This document shows positions 56,056 to 64,000 of a DNA stretch of 64,000 nt, piece after piece (positions within the stretch are counted from its first letter, which is position 1; each line of letters begins with the position of its first letter). The stretch lies in the NCBI GenBank assembly GCA_021787735.1, contig JAJYLL010000003.1, forward strand, positions 22,699 through 86,698, given 5' to 3'. This DNA is from Acidobacteriota bacterium. Lineage in GTDB: Bacteria; Acidobacteriota; Terriglobia; UBA7540. The notes beneath the pieces are model-generated. The model saw nothing but the letters and a program-made list of their open reading frames with translations, had not been told where the DNA came from and searched no databases. A program made the translations under genes and the position numbers.

Positions 56056-56261
56056 GATTGCTGCTGCTGGGGTCAATCCGTTTCTACCAGATTTGTCTTT
56101 CGCCCATCATCCCCTCGTCGTGCCGCTTTTATCCCTCGTGCTCGGCTTATGCCTATGAAGCGGTGGAGAAATGGGGCGCATGGGAAGGGAGCCGGCTTAC
56201 AATTCACCGGCTCTTGCGATGCCGGCCCTGGGGTGGTCACGGGTACGACCCGGTTCCGTAG
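56040..56261 (+). CDS. yidD: membrane protein insertion efficiency factor YidD
   Basis: IRFYQICLSPIIPSSCRFYPSCSAYAYEAVEKWG...G..L...RLLRC.PW..GGYDPVP. GTG 56040 overlaps the rnpA end by 16 nt. Confidence 0.88.
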   Translation: MAYALRLLLLGSIRFYQICLSPIIPSSCRFYPSCSAYAYEAVEKWGAWEGSRLTIHRLLRCRPWGGHGYDPVP

Positions 56262-56310
56262 CAATCCAGCGGGCCGAGGACAAGAAAGTTAAGCAGAAAG
56301 CCTTTCACTA

Positions 56311-58011
56311 ATGGACAACGAAAAAAGGTTCTTCATAGCTATCGCCCTGTCATTTATCCTGTTCATGATATGGTGGGTCATGTTTCTCAAGAACCTGCCC
56401 CCCACACCGAATTCGTCTGAGGCAACGCAGTCTGCCGCTCAGCAGGCCACCGGACAGCAAGGCTCCGCAAAGGCGGAAGCTCCTAAGCTTCCGGTGCCGC
56501 CGCAGATTCCCGTTGTAGAGGGTCAGCAGGCCCACGACATTACAGTCGAAAATGATCTTTACAAGATCACTTTTTCCACCCAGGGGGGGGTGGTTAAGAG
56601 TTGGATTCTGAAGAAGTATGAGGATGCCAGCGGCAAACCCCTCGACGTTGTGAATCCCGCCGCCTGCAAGCAACTTGGATATCCGATGAGCCTGCGGACC
56701 ACGGACGATTCGCTCAACCAGAAAGTGAACCAGGCGCTTTACGCAGCGCAACCGGTCGAGACTACGCTGCAAGCCCCTGCAACACTGGAACTTACTTACA
56801 GCGACGGACACGTGCAAGTCCAGAAGAAGTTCACCTTCGGGTCGGACTATATGATGCACGTCGACGTCAGCGTGGCGCAGGACCAGCACTACGTTCCCGT
56901 CAGGGTGGCATGGGTAGGAGGGTTCGGCGACCATTCCCTTCCCCAACTGGAGGAATTCGGTCAGAGCAAGGTGGCCTACGGAATCAACGACAAGCTTGAA
57001 ACCACTGATCTTCCCAAAATCAAGAACGAGCTGACCCAGTCCGGCCCGCTGGATTTTGCCGGGCTTGAAGACCGGTACTTTGCCGGTATCTTCTTCCCTG
57101 AATCTTCGGACCAGGTCTTTGGCGCCGGGTACACACAATGGAAGCCTGCCAATTGGAAAGAAAAAGAGCTGCCCGGTGCCGGATATGCGGAAATGGGGAG
57201 CTCTATGGCGCAGCCGGTAAAATTCAATCTTTTTGTCGCCCCTAAATCCATGGATGTCCTGGATTCAACGCATCCATCTCTGAGTGGACTTGTGGATTTC
57301 GGCTGGTTCAGTTTCATTGCCAAACCGCTGTTTCTTGCGTTGCGCTACATCTATGAGCACTGGGTGCACAATTACGGCTGGGCCATTGTGATTCTGACCA
57401 TCATTCTGAACATGGCCCTGTTCCCCCTGAAACTCAAGAGCATTCGCTCCGCACAGGAAATGCAGCGCATCGCGCCGCTGGTGAAGAGCATCCAGGATCG
57501 CTACAAGCAGTACAAGTTCAACGACCCGCGCAAGGCTCGAATGAACCAGGAAGTGATGAAGCTTTATCAGGACCATGGGATCAACCCGCTTGGGGGATGT
57601 CTGCCCATGCTGCCCCAGTTGCCCATCCTTTATGGGTTCTACGAATCGTTGGAAACGCCTTTTGCATTCCGTCACGCGCCCTGGATCTGGTGGATTAAAG
57701 ACTTGTCTATGCCCGATCCTTCCCGTATCATGGGTCTGCCGATTCCCATCCTGCCCGTAATTATGATGGTAAGCATGTTCTTCATGCAGAAGATGACGCC
57801 GATGATGACGGCCGATCCGAATCAGAAGCGCATGATGATGATTATGCCTTTGGTGTTCGGCATCATGTTCTTCCACCTGGCTAGCGGCCTGGTTCTCTAC
57901 TTCCTGGCGGCGAATCTGGTCGGCATTGTCCAACAGCTCATCATCAACCGCTTTATCACGCCGAAACAGCCGCCGCTGGTGCCACCGAAGGACGTCGAGG
58001 CAAAAGCATAG
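56311..58011 (+). CDS. yidC: membrane protein insertase YidC
   Basis: N-terminal TM, large periplasmic domain, then the conserved core WGWAIVILTIILNMALFPL, MQRIAPLVKSIQDRYK, GINPLGGCLPMLPQLPILYGFY. Confidence 0.93.
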   Translation: MDNEKRFFIAIALSFILFMIWWVMFLKNLPPTPNSSEATQSAAQQATGQQGSAKAEAPKLPVPPQIPVVEGQQAHDITVENDLYKITFSTQGGVVKSWILKKYEDASGKPLDVVNPAACKQLGYPMSLRTTDDSLNQKVNQALYAAQPVETTLQAPATLELTYSDGHVQVQKKFTFGSDYMMHVDVSVAQDQHYVPVRVAWVGGFGDHSLPQLEEFGQSKVAYGINDKLETTDLPKIKNELTQSGPLDFAGLEDRYFAGIFFPESSDQVFGAGYTQWKPANWKEKELPGAGYAEMGSSMAQPVKFNLFVAPKSMDVLDSTHPSLSGLVDFGWFSFIAKPLFLALRYIYEHWVHNYGWAIVILTIILNMALFPLKLKSIRSAQEMQRIAPLVKSIQDRYKQYKFNDPRKARMNQEVMKLYQDHGINPLGGCLPMLPQLPILYGFYESLETPFAFRHAPWIWWIKDLSMPDPSRIMGLPIPILPVIMMVSMFFMQKMTPMMTADPNQKRMMMIMPLVFGIMFFHLASGLVLYFLAANLVGIVQQLIINRFITPKQPPLVPPKDVEAKA

Positions 58012-58023
58012 AGAGGTGAGATT

Positions 58024-58539
58024 ATGACCACACAACTTTCACCTGAGCAGGCCGAGAGCAACTATCTGGCCAGGATCGGGTCTCTCGTCGGGGAGATCAT
58101 TCACTACGGCGGTTTCGACCTCAAATCAACGGTTAGAAAGTCCAATGCCACTGGCGAAGGTCCCGATGCGGCTGAGATCGTGGTGAATTTTGAAGGGCCG
58201 GACTCCGACCTGTTGTTGGAAAAAAACGCCGCCCTTCTGGACGCGCTCGAATATGTCGTCCTGAAGGCCGTGCGCGTCGATGACGAGTTGAACGGCAGAT
58301 TCAGTTTTGACTGCGACGGCTGGCGGCAAGTCCGCGCTGAAGAACTGAAACTTACCGCGCTGATGGCCGCGAAGCAGGCTATCGAAACCGGAAGCCCGTT
58401 TCACCTGACTCCCATGAACTCACGCGAACGACGCATTGTTCATCTGGCACTCAAAGAAGAAACCGCAGTCAGGACGATGAGTGAAGGTTCGGGGCCCTCC
58501 CGTAAAGTTGTCATTTACCCCACGACATCCCCCTCCTGA
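58024..58539 (+). CDS. jag: Jag/KhpB-like RNA-binding protein (KH + R3H domains)
   Basis: Position after yidC. The R3H region LTPMNSRERRIVHLALKEE is present. No Jag_N domain. Confidence 0.85.
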   Translation: MTTQLSPEQAESNYLARIGSLVGEIIHYGGFDLKSTVRKSNATGEGPDAAEIVVNFEGPDSDLLLEKNAALLDALEYVVLKAVRVDDELNGRFSFDCDGWRQVRAEELKLTALMAAKQAIETGSPFHLTPMNSRERRIVHLALKEETAVRTMSEGSGPSRKVVIYPTTSPS

Positions 58540-58559
58540 AAACCCCCGCAGGTTTCTCC

Positions 58560-59954
58560 ATGATGAAAGAGGACACCATCGTGGCCATAGCAACGCCACC
58601 GGGCCGCGGCGGCATTGGGGTGGTTCGCCTTTCAGGCAGGGATGCAATCGAGATAGCTTCGCAACTGATCCGGCCTGCAAAGGCGCCACCGGAAGTGCAA
58701 CGCTCAGCGCTGGGAAAATTCATGGACCCCCATACCGGGAAGGTTCTGGATGAGGTCCTGGTCACAATTTTCCGCCATCCGCATTCTTACACGTGCGAGG
58801 ACGTTGTCGAGATTTCCTGTCACGGTTCGCCGGTGATCCTGCGGTATCTGGTGGAATGCTGTCTTGAGTGCGGTGCTCGCGCGGCAGAGCCTGGCGAGTT
58901 TGCCATGCGCGCTTTCCTCAACGGCCGCATTGACCTGACCCAGGCCGAAGCCATCCGTGACCTGATTGAATCGCAGACTCTCTACCAGGCAAGGGTTGCC
59001 GCCACACAACTTGCAGGCTCGCTTTCCGCGCGGCTGAAACCGCACAAGCAGGCCTTACTGGACCTGATTGCCCGGCTTGAAGCAGGTATCGATTTTGCTG
59101 ACGACGATGTTGATGTAATGGACTGGGAGGACCTGCTGGCTCAACTCGATGTGATAAGGGCTGACATCGAAACAATGGTTGCAGGCTACGCCTACGGCAG
59201 GATTGTTCGTGACGGTCTCCGACTGTCTGTGGTGGGCCGCCCGAACGTTGGCAAATCCAGTCTCTTTAACCGCCTGCTGAATATGGACCGCGCCATCGTC
59301 ACCGAAATACCCGGAACAACAAGAGACCTGGTAACCGAGAGCGCGTCGATCGGCGGAATTCCCGTTCATCTTGTGGATACGGCAGGCATCCGCGTCACGA
59401 CAGATGCGGTGGAAAGAATCGGAGTGGAACGTACTCATCAGGCCATGGCGGATTCTGACCTGCGACTGCTTGTGGTGGACACATCGCAGGACTGGACCGA
59501 GGACGATCAGGAACTGCTGCGCAAAACGCGCAGCATGGGATCCCTCCTGGTTTGTGCCAACAAAGCCGATTTGCCCGAACGAACCAGCAAGGCCGCAATC
59601 GAGCGGGCGATTCTCGGCGAGAACGGCGAAGCGCCTGCCCAAGTCGTCGTAACTTCCGCCTTGACCGGACAAGGGATCGAGGAACTTCGCGACAGGATTA
59701 TGGAGGTAGCCGGCGCCGTAAACAGCTCCGGACAGGAAGGCGAACTGGTAACTAACTTACGACACCAGCAACTGCTGAAAGAATCTCTCGCAGCCCTTGA
59801 CCGATGCCGTGAGGCCACGAAACAGCGGGTGCATCACGAGATGCTGCTTATTGATCTTTACGATGCGCTGCGGCCGCTCGACACGATAACCGGCGCTACC
59901 GACGTTGAAGACATACTGGGTATCATCTTCTCCCGCTTCTGCATTGGGAAATAA
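58560..59954 (+). CDS. mnmE: tRNA uridine-5-carboxymethylaminomethyl modification GTPase MnmE
   Basis: DTIVAIATPPGRGGIGVVRLSG, G-domain GRPNVGKSSL.N, DTAG, NKAD and C-terminal FCIGK. Confidence 0.95.
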   Translation: MMKEDTIVAIATPPGRGGIGVVRLSGRDAIEIASQLIRPAKAPPEVQRSALGKFMDPHTGKVLDEVLVTIFRHPHSYTCEDVVEISCHGSPVILRYLVECCLECGARAAEPGEFAMRAFLNGRIDLTQAEAIRDLIESQTLYQARVAATQLAGSLSARLKPHKQALLDLIARLEAGIDFADDDVDVMDWEDLLAQLDVIRADIETMVAGYAYGRIVRDGLRLSVVGRPNVGKSSLFNRLLNMDRAIVTEIPGTTRDLVTESASIGGIPVHLVDTAGIRVTTDAVERIGVERTHQAMADSDLRLLVVDTSQDWTEDDQELLRKTRSMGSLLVCANKADLPERTSKAAIERAILGENGEAPAQVVVTSALTGQGIEELRDRIMEVAGAVNSSGQEGELVTNLRHQQLLKESLAALDRCREATKQRVHHEMLLIDLYDALRPLDTITGATDVEDILGIIFSRFCIGK

Positions 59955-59985
59955 CGAGCCAAGCAACAAAAAAACAGTCCTCTTC

Positions 59986-61611
59986 TCATCCGAAACTGCG
60001 GCGCAAGCGGGAAACAAGAGGGACGGACTTCAGGTAACCGTTGAGTTCACGAATGCGGAGGACTTTTGCCGATAAACCCGTAAGCACAAGGCCAACAGGC
60101 GCGGCCACAATCAGAACGACAAAAGCCCCCAGCGTATTTTGCCAAGTTGTCATGCCTTCGAGCCACTGGACAACCCCAAAGGCTCCCGCAGCTCCGATAA
60201 ACGAGGCCACAACCACTCTCAGAAAGAATCCCACCATCTCCACTGTCGCCTTATTCCCGGTGGATCGATAAAGCGAGACAAAAAGAACAATGGCATAGGC
60301 AGAGATGCCAACTGAGCTTGCCAGTGCGAGTCCCCTGAACTGCAGATGCCTGACCAGCACCCAGTAAACGGGCAAATTCAGGAAAGTTACGGCGGTGCCG
60401 ATCAGTGCCGGCCGAAGTGTGTTGTGCCCGGCATAAAACCCCCGCGCCAGAATACTCTGCGCGCCCCAGGCAAACATGCTCAGTGAGAATAAAGCCAGGG
60501 CGGCGGCCGTGGCATTCATGTCAGGGCCGCGAAGCCTGGTGTGAGAAAAAACAAAATAAACCAGAGGGCGGCTCATGGCTATGGTGAGCGCGGAGATCGG
60601 TACGATCATCAGGAGCAGGCCCTTCAGGGTTGTGTTGAGCGTGCGGTTGAGTTCGTCGTACTTTCTTTGCGCATAAAGCTGGGCTAGAAATGGAAATGAA
60701 GCTACGCCCACAGCCTGCCCCATTACACCCAGCGGAACCCGCATCAGGAACTTGGCATAACTCAGCCAGGTGATCGAAGCAGGAACCAGGTACGAACCAA
60801 ACCAGCGGATAATCCAGTCATCAGAATAAACTACTGACAACGCCAGCATGAGGGGAATCGCCAGCTTGATGAACATTCGGAAGCCCGGGTGCCGCACACT
60901 GAGGTTTGGCGTAAATCGGGCCCCGACTCGCCGCGCGCCGTAAATCTGGAGGAGAAAATTCCCGACAAAAGCTCCCGAGAGGACTCCGACCGAAAATCCA
61001 GTGATTCCGATACTCGAAGCCAGCAGAAAACCACCCAAGATGATTCCGAAGTTGTAGATGATCGGAGCAAGAGAGGGAATGACAAAGCGCCCCTTAGCAT
61101 ACTGGACCGCGCTCAAAATACTGCCCAGATAAAAGAAAATCTGAGCCGGCATCATCAGCCGGGTCAGGAACACGGTGTGCGCTTTTTCCGCCGGGTTGAA
61201 CCCAGGCGCAATCAAGCGTAGAAGCACGGGCGCAAAGAACTCTCCTATGATCACCAGGCCAATCAGAAGCAAGACCATCGCGGTGATCACGGTAGAAAAA
61301 ACCCGCCAGCCCTCTTCTTCGTTTTCCTCCGCAAGATACTTGGCAAAAACAGGAATGAAAGTGATGCTGAGGGAAGCCCCGGCCACCAGATAGTTGACAA
61401 AGTCTGGAAGCGTAAAGGCGGTGTAATACGCGTCGGTAACCGCGCTTGAGCCAAACTGGTGGGCTACGGACCATTCGCGCAGAAAGCCGAGCAAGCGGCT
61501 TGCCAGAATGCTGGCCATCACGATTCCCGCAGAAGCCGCAATACGCTGGTTTACTGAGCGCGACGCCGCACTGGATACCGTGCCGGAATTGGGTCCATTT
61601 TGATCAGCCAT
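59986..61611 (-). CDS. murJ: lipid II flippase MurJ
   Basis: SRLLGFLRE...A..FG.S...DAY..AF..P, about 14 TM segments, MOP/MVF family layout. Confidence 0.92.
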   Translation of the reverse strand: MADQNGPNSGTVSSAASRSVNQRIAASAGIVMASILASRLLGFLREWSVAHQFGSSAVTDAYYTAFTLPDFVNYLVAGASLSITFIPVFAKYLAEENEEEGWRVFSTVITAMVLLLIGLVIIGEFFAPVLLRLIAPGFNPAEKAHTVFLTRLMMPAQIFFYLGSILSAVQYAKGRFVIPSLAPIIYNFGIILGGFLLASSIGITGFSVGVLSGAFVGNFLLQIYGARRVGARFTPNLSVRHPGFRMFIKLAIPLMLALSVVYSDDWIIRWFGSYLVPASITWLSYAKFLMRVPLGVMGQAVGVASFPFLAQLYAQRKYDELNRTLNTTLKGLLLMIVPISALTIAMSRPLVYFVFSHTRLRGPDMNATAAALALFSLSMFAWGAQSILARGFYAGHNTLRPALIGTAVTFLNLPVYWVLVRHLQFRGLALASSVGISAYAIVLFVSLYRSTGNKATVEMVGFFLRVVVASFIGAAGAFGVVQWLEGMTTWQNTLGAFVVLIVAAPVGLVLTGLSAKVLRIRELNGYLKSVPLVSRLRRSFG

Positions 61612-61681
61612 AGATTGTCAATGCCCAAGTAATACTTAAAAGGGGTACTTCGAAGATTCTAGCGGTGTTGCACCAAGACGG

Positions 61682-62053
61682 CTAGATGGAAGGCAGTGGG
61701 AAGCGATCCCGGCAGATATGGCACCGTCCCATTGGAGGTCTACGAAGAAAACGCTCAAGCCATCGACGCCTCGTTCTCTTGATATCAGAGCTGCCGCAAC
61801 GGGGACACCGCAGAGTAGCGCTTCTATTAGCACCGGAAGCGGGTCTGCTCAACATAAATCCTGCGACCGGCACATGTTTGTCAGGAATTGGAACTGGCGC
61901 ATCAGTGTCCTCGTCAAGGCGCAAAAGACGATGCCGGCGACACCGGGAACAAATGCGCAGGCGATAGCCACATTTTCGGACAAGCGAATACATAAAACCG
62001 TGATGTACGTGCTCAGTCTTCGTTGCGCCACATATCTTGCACGGAATAGCCAT
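61682..62053 (-). CDS. hypothetical protein with two CxxC...CxxC zinc-ribbon-like modules
   Basis: CKICG...CSRCR and CPRCGSSD...CHICR arrangement, Arg-rich. No family recognised. Coding status rests on ORF length and Cys spacing only. Confidence 0.4.
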   Translation of the reverse strand: MAIPCKICGATKTEHVHHGFMYSLVRKCGYRLRICSRCRRHRLLRLDEDTDAPVPIPDKHVPVAGFMLSRPASGANRSATLRCPRCGSSDIKRTRRRWLERFLRRPPMGRCHICRDRFPLPSI

Positions 62054-62147
62054 AAGGAAAGTTTGACAGATTAGCAGATAACCCGTTGTACTTCAATAGG
62101 TCCGAGCCGTCCGCGGGGCACAGCCTTCGCATTTGCACGAACGTCGC

Positions 62148-63509
62148 TCACTGGGCCTTCATGTGTTTGTCGGCAAAATCTAGAAACTGGTCCCAGTCGT
62201 ATGCTGTAACGTCGTGCGGTCCGCACCGGAGATGAAAGCCGATCGTCGTCATAACCGGATGGCCGGTTCTGTGCATCCGCACGGCTCCCAGGCCGTCCGT
62301 GCCCAACAGCCGATAAACGGGGGACGCAGCCTTCGCCGCGAGGAACATTCCCCGAGGGTCAGCCCAGAGGTCTCCTGCTGCTGTCGCAATATAAACCGGC
62401 CGTGGTGCGATGAGGACGAGCAGTTCGGGATGGTCAACAGGCAGAGCGTTGACATCGTCATTGTATTCCCTGAAGTTGCGGCAGAACCACCATGGAAAGC
62501 TCGTGTTGATGGACAAGACCGACTCACCAAACCATCGGCGGCTGAACGCAGCGCCGCCTTCTCCGGAGTCGTTTGAAATTACCATGGCAAACCGGGTGTC
62601 CCGGGCGCCTGCCCAGATCGCCGTTTTGCCCAGCCGCGAATGCCCCATCACGACCGCTCGGTGCGCGTCCACGTCTTTGTCCGTCTCCAGATAATCCATG
62701 GCGCGACTCAACCCCCAGGCCCAGGCGCCGATAGCACCCCATTCATCAGGTGCCGGTTCCGTCTGGCCGGGTCGCAAATAAAGGGCGCGCACGCTGTCTC
62801 GGATGCCACCGGCATAATCCGGCTCGATATCTCCGTAATAGGCAGTGGCGAGCCCGTGAGCTCGCGCAAGGATCCTCTGCAATTGCCACCGGCAGGCATT
62901 GACGCCTCGTGATTCATCTGTTGCGCGATGATTGACCACGCCCCAGCCGTCAGCTACCCATCCCGGGTTGATGGTAATCCCCGGGTGCGCGGCGACAGTC
63001 TGGTTGCCACCAAAATTCAGTCCAAGAAACATGGGTACAGGACCCGGCGAATTTTCCGGCAGATAAACCAGGAGCCGCATCTGGGGCCCATCCTTCTTGC
63101 CGAAGAAATTTATCAGGACTTCTTTTCTGATTGCCTTGCCTTTCAGGGCATTTTCATCCACTGAGACTTCCTGGAAGGTCATTCCCTTGGGGTGTCCTGG
63201 ACTGTGACCGTACTCATCTGTTTCGAATAACCTCAGCAGTTCCGGCCGGCGCTTTTCCATCCACATTTTCGCACTTGTCACACTTTGGCCGTTCGCCATC
63301 ACCAAGGGATTCGGAAAGGTGTATGCAGGCACTCTCCACTCTTCATAATTCGTGCCCTGTTGCTGTGCCAGTGCAACCTTGGCCCCCATTAACAGGAAAA
63401 GGGCTGCGATTGCCGCGGTTGCCAAACGAAAGAATCTCTTCGCGCGTTCTGTCCTCCACAGATGCAACACAGGTGGCTCAATAAGCCGACACAATGGCGT
63501 ACTCTTCAT
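62148..63509 (-). CDS. alpha/beta hydrolase, CE15 glucuronoyl-esterase-like, exported
   Basis: Signal-anchor, then MGHSRLGKTAIWAGARDTRFAMVISNDSGEGGAA around the nucleophile Ser. From memory this is as in bacterial CE15 enzymes (fungal GCSRxGK equivalent). Confidence 0.65.
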   Translation of the reverse strand: MKSTPLCRLIEPPVLHLWRTERAKRFFRLATAAIAALFLLMGAKVALAQQQGTNYEEWRVPAYTFPNPLVMANGQSVTSAKMWMEKRRPELLRLFETDEYGHSPGHPKGMTFQEVSVDENALKGKAIRKEVLINFFGKKDGPQMRLLVYLPENSPGPVPMFLGLNFGGNQTVAAHPGITINPGWVADGWGVVNHRATDESRGVNACRWQLQRILARAHGLATAYYGDIEPDYAGGIRDSVRALYLRPGQTEPAPDEWGAIGAWAWGLSRAMDYLETDKDVDAHRAVVMGHSRLGKTAIWAGARDTRFAMVISNDSGEGGAAFSRRWFGESVLSINTSFPWWFCRNFREYNDDVNALPVDHPELLVLIAPRPVYIATAAGDLWADPRGMFLAAKAASPVYRLLGTDGLGAVRMHRTGHPVMTTIGFHLRCGPHDVTAYDWDQFLDFADKHMKAQ

Positions 63510-63709
63510 TGTGATGCCTCCGCGATAAGTTCAACTCTTTCCTGCTTTCAACCAGGTCTTCCCTTTTACATGCAGGTGGAAGCAAGCGCTACGCGCACCA
63601 CACCTTAACGCAAGAACCGATCATCGATTCGCACAAATCGACAGCCCTGCGTCGGGTAAAATTGCAGCAGGGATCATGGCGCCGCCGGTTGGCGCAACCG
63701 CCGTTGCTA

Positions 63710-64000
63710 TTAGCGGGTCGGTCCGGTACCAACAATTCCCTGCCCTTCCCGGACCGTAATGAACTGGTTGGCACTGATGTTTGAAAGACGGTCCACGTGA
63801 CCAGTCGGCCAGCTGATCTCCAAAGATTCAACCTTGTCGCTATTCCCCAACCCAAAGTGTTGCCTCAAGTCGCTTTGAGAAATGTAACTGGACGCGCTTA
63901 AGATTTCCCGGATTTGTTGTTGGCCGCCAGACGTGATCGTAATCCGGGCGCCAATGGCAGAGCGGTTTGAACTGGTTCCAATTGCCTTCAATATCAACCA
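63710..64000 (-). CDS. CRTAC1/ASPIC-UnbV family protein, C-terminal end only (rest lies beyond the window)
   Basis: NRSAIGARITITSGG..Q.REI...SSYISQSDLRQHFGLG..D.VESLEISWPTG parallels the C-terminus of the 51092..52801 product. The reading frame is open to position 64000. Confidence 0.8.
   Translation of the reverse strand, partial: WLILKAIGTSSNRSAIGARITITSGGQQQIREILSASSYISQSDLRQHFGLGNSDKVESLEISWPTGHVDRLSNISANQFITVREGQGIVGTGPTR

Noticed and set aside
1-64000. CRISPR arrays, tRNA/rRNA genes, IS elements, integrases or prophage genes
   Set aside because: I scanned every intergenic region longer than 100 bp by eye. No repeat-spacer periodicity, cloverleaf-compatible sequences or transposase/integrase-like ORFs were seen. 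A tRNAscan/Infernal run would be needed for certainty.

Overview
GC-rich, densely coding chromosomal window with about 57 supported CDS. I saw no rRNA, tRNA, CRISPR array, transposase or integrase. Gene content suggests a Gram-negative soil bacterium, probably Acidobacteriota; that is inference from content, not a search result. Evidence for this includes many exported beta-propeller proteins, CRTAC1/ASPIC proteins, a CE15-like esterase, an HME-RND efflux operon and Tat/Sec signals.

Housekeeping blocks:
- cutA, ftsB, thiG
- mntR/mntH
- pyrK-pyrD
- ggt, aqpZ
- an aroF-type DAHP synthase
- the origin-type cluster rpmH-rnpA-yidD-yidC-jag-mnmE, with murJ convergent. rpmH is too short for the ORF track and was found by hand.

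Most interesting regions:
1. 47.5-55.3 kb: a tightly packed minus-strand operon headed by a Cys-bearing Crp/Fnr regulator. It encodes an HzsA-related propeller/CxxCH protein, a CRTAC1 protein, a YVTN propeller fused to a di-heme CCP/MauG-like domain, a Reg_prop propeller and RidA. These are the same fold types that build anammox hydrazine synthase, but the genomic context does not look like anammox.
2. 23.9-27.5 kb: a repeat-rich AT-rich spacer followed by a Cys-rich M23-type peptidase with no signal peptide. It is translationally coupled to the first of two diverged tandem PD40 propeller paralogs.

Smaller oddities:
- a TPM-NTase-LemA operon
- a sulfatase-fold protein that lacks the formylglycine motif
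- two orphan solute-binding proteins
- several palindromes in promoter regions
- two gaps of about 600 bp with no convincing gene

All functional calls come from reading the translated motifs by eye. No database search was run.
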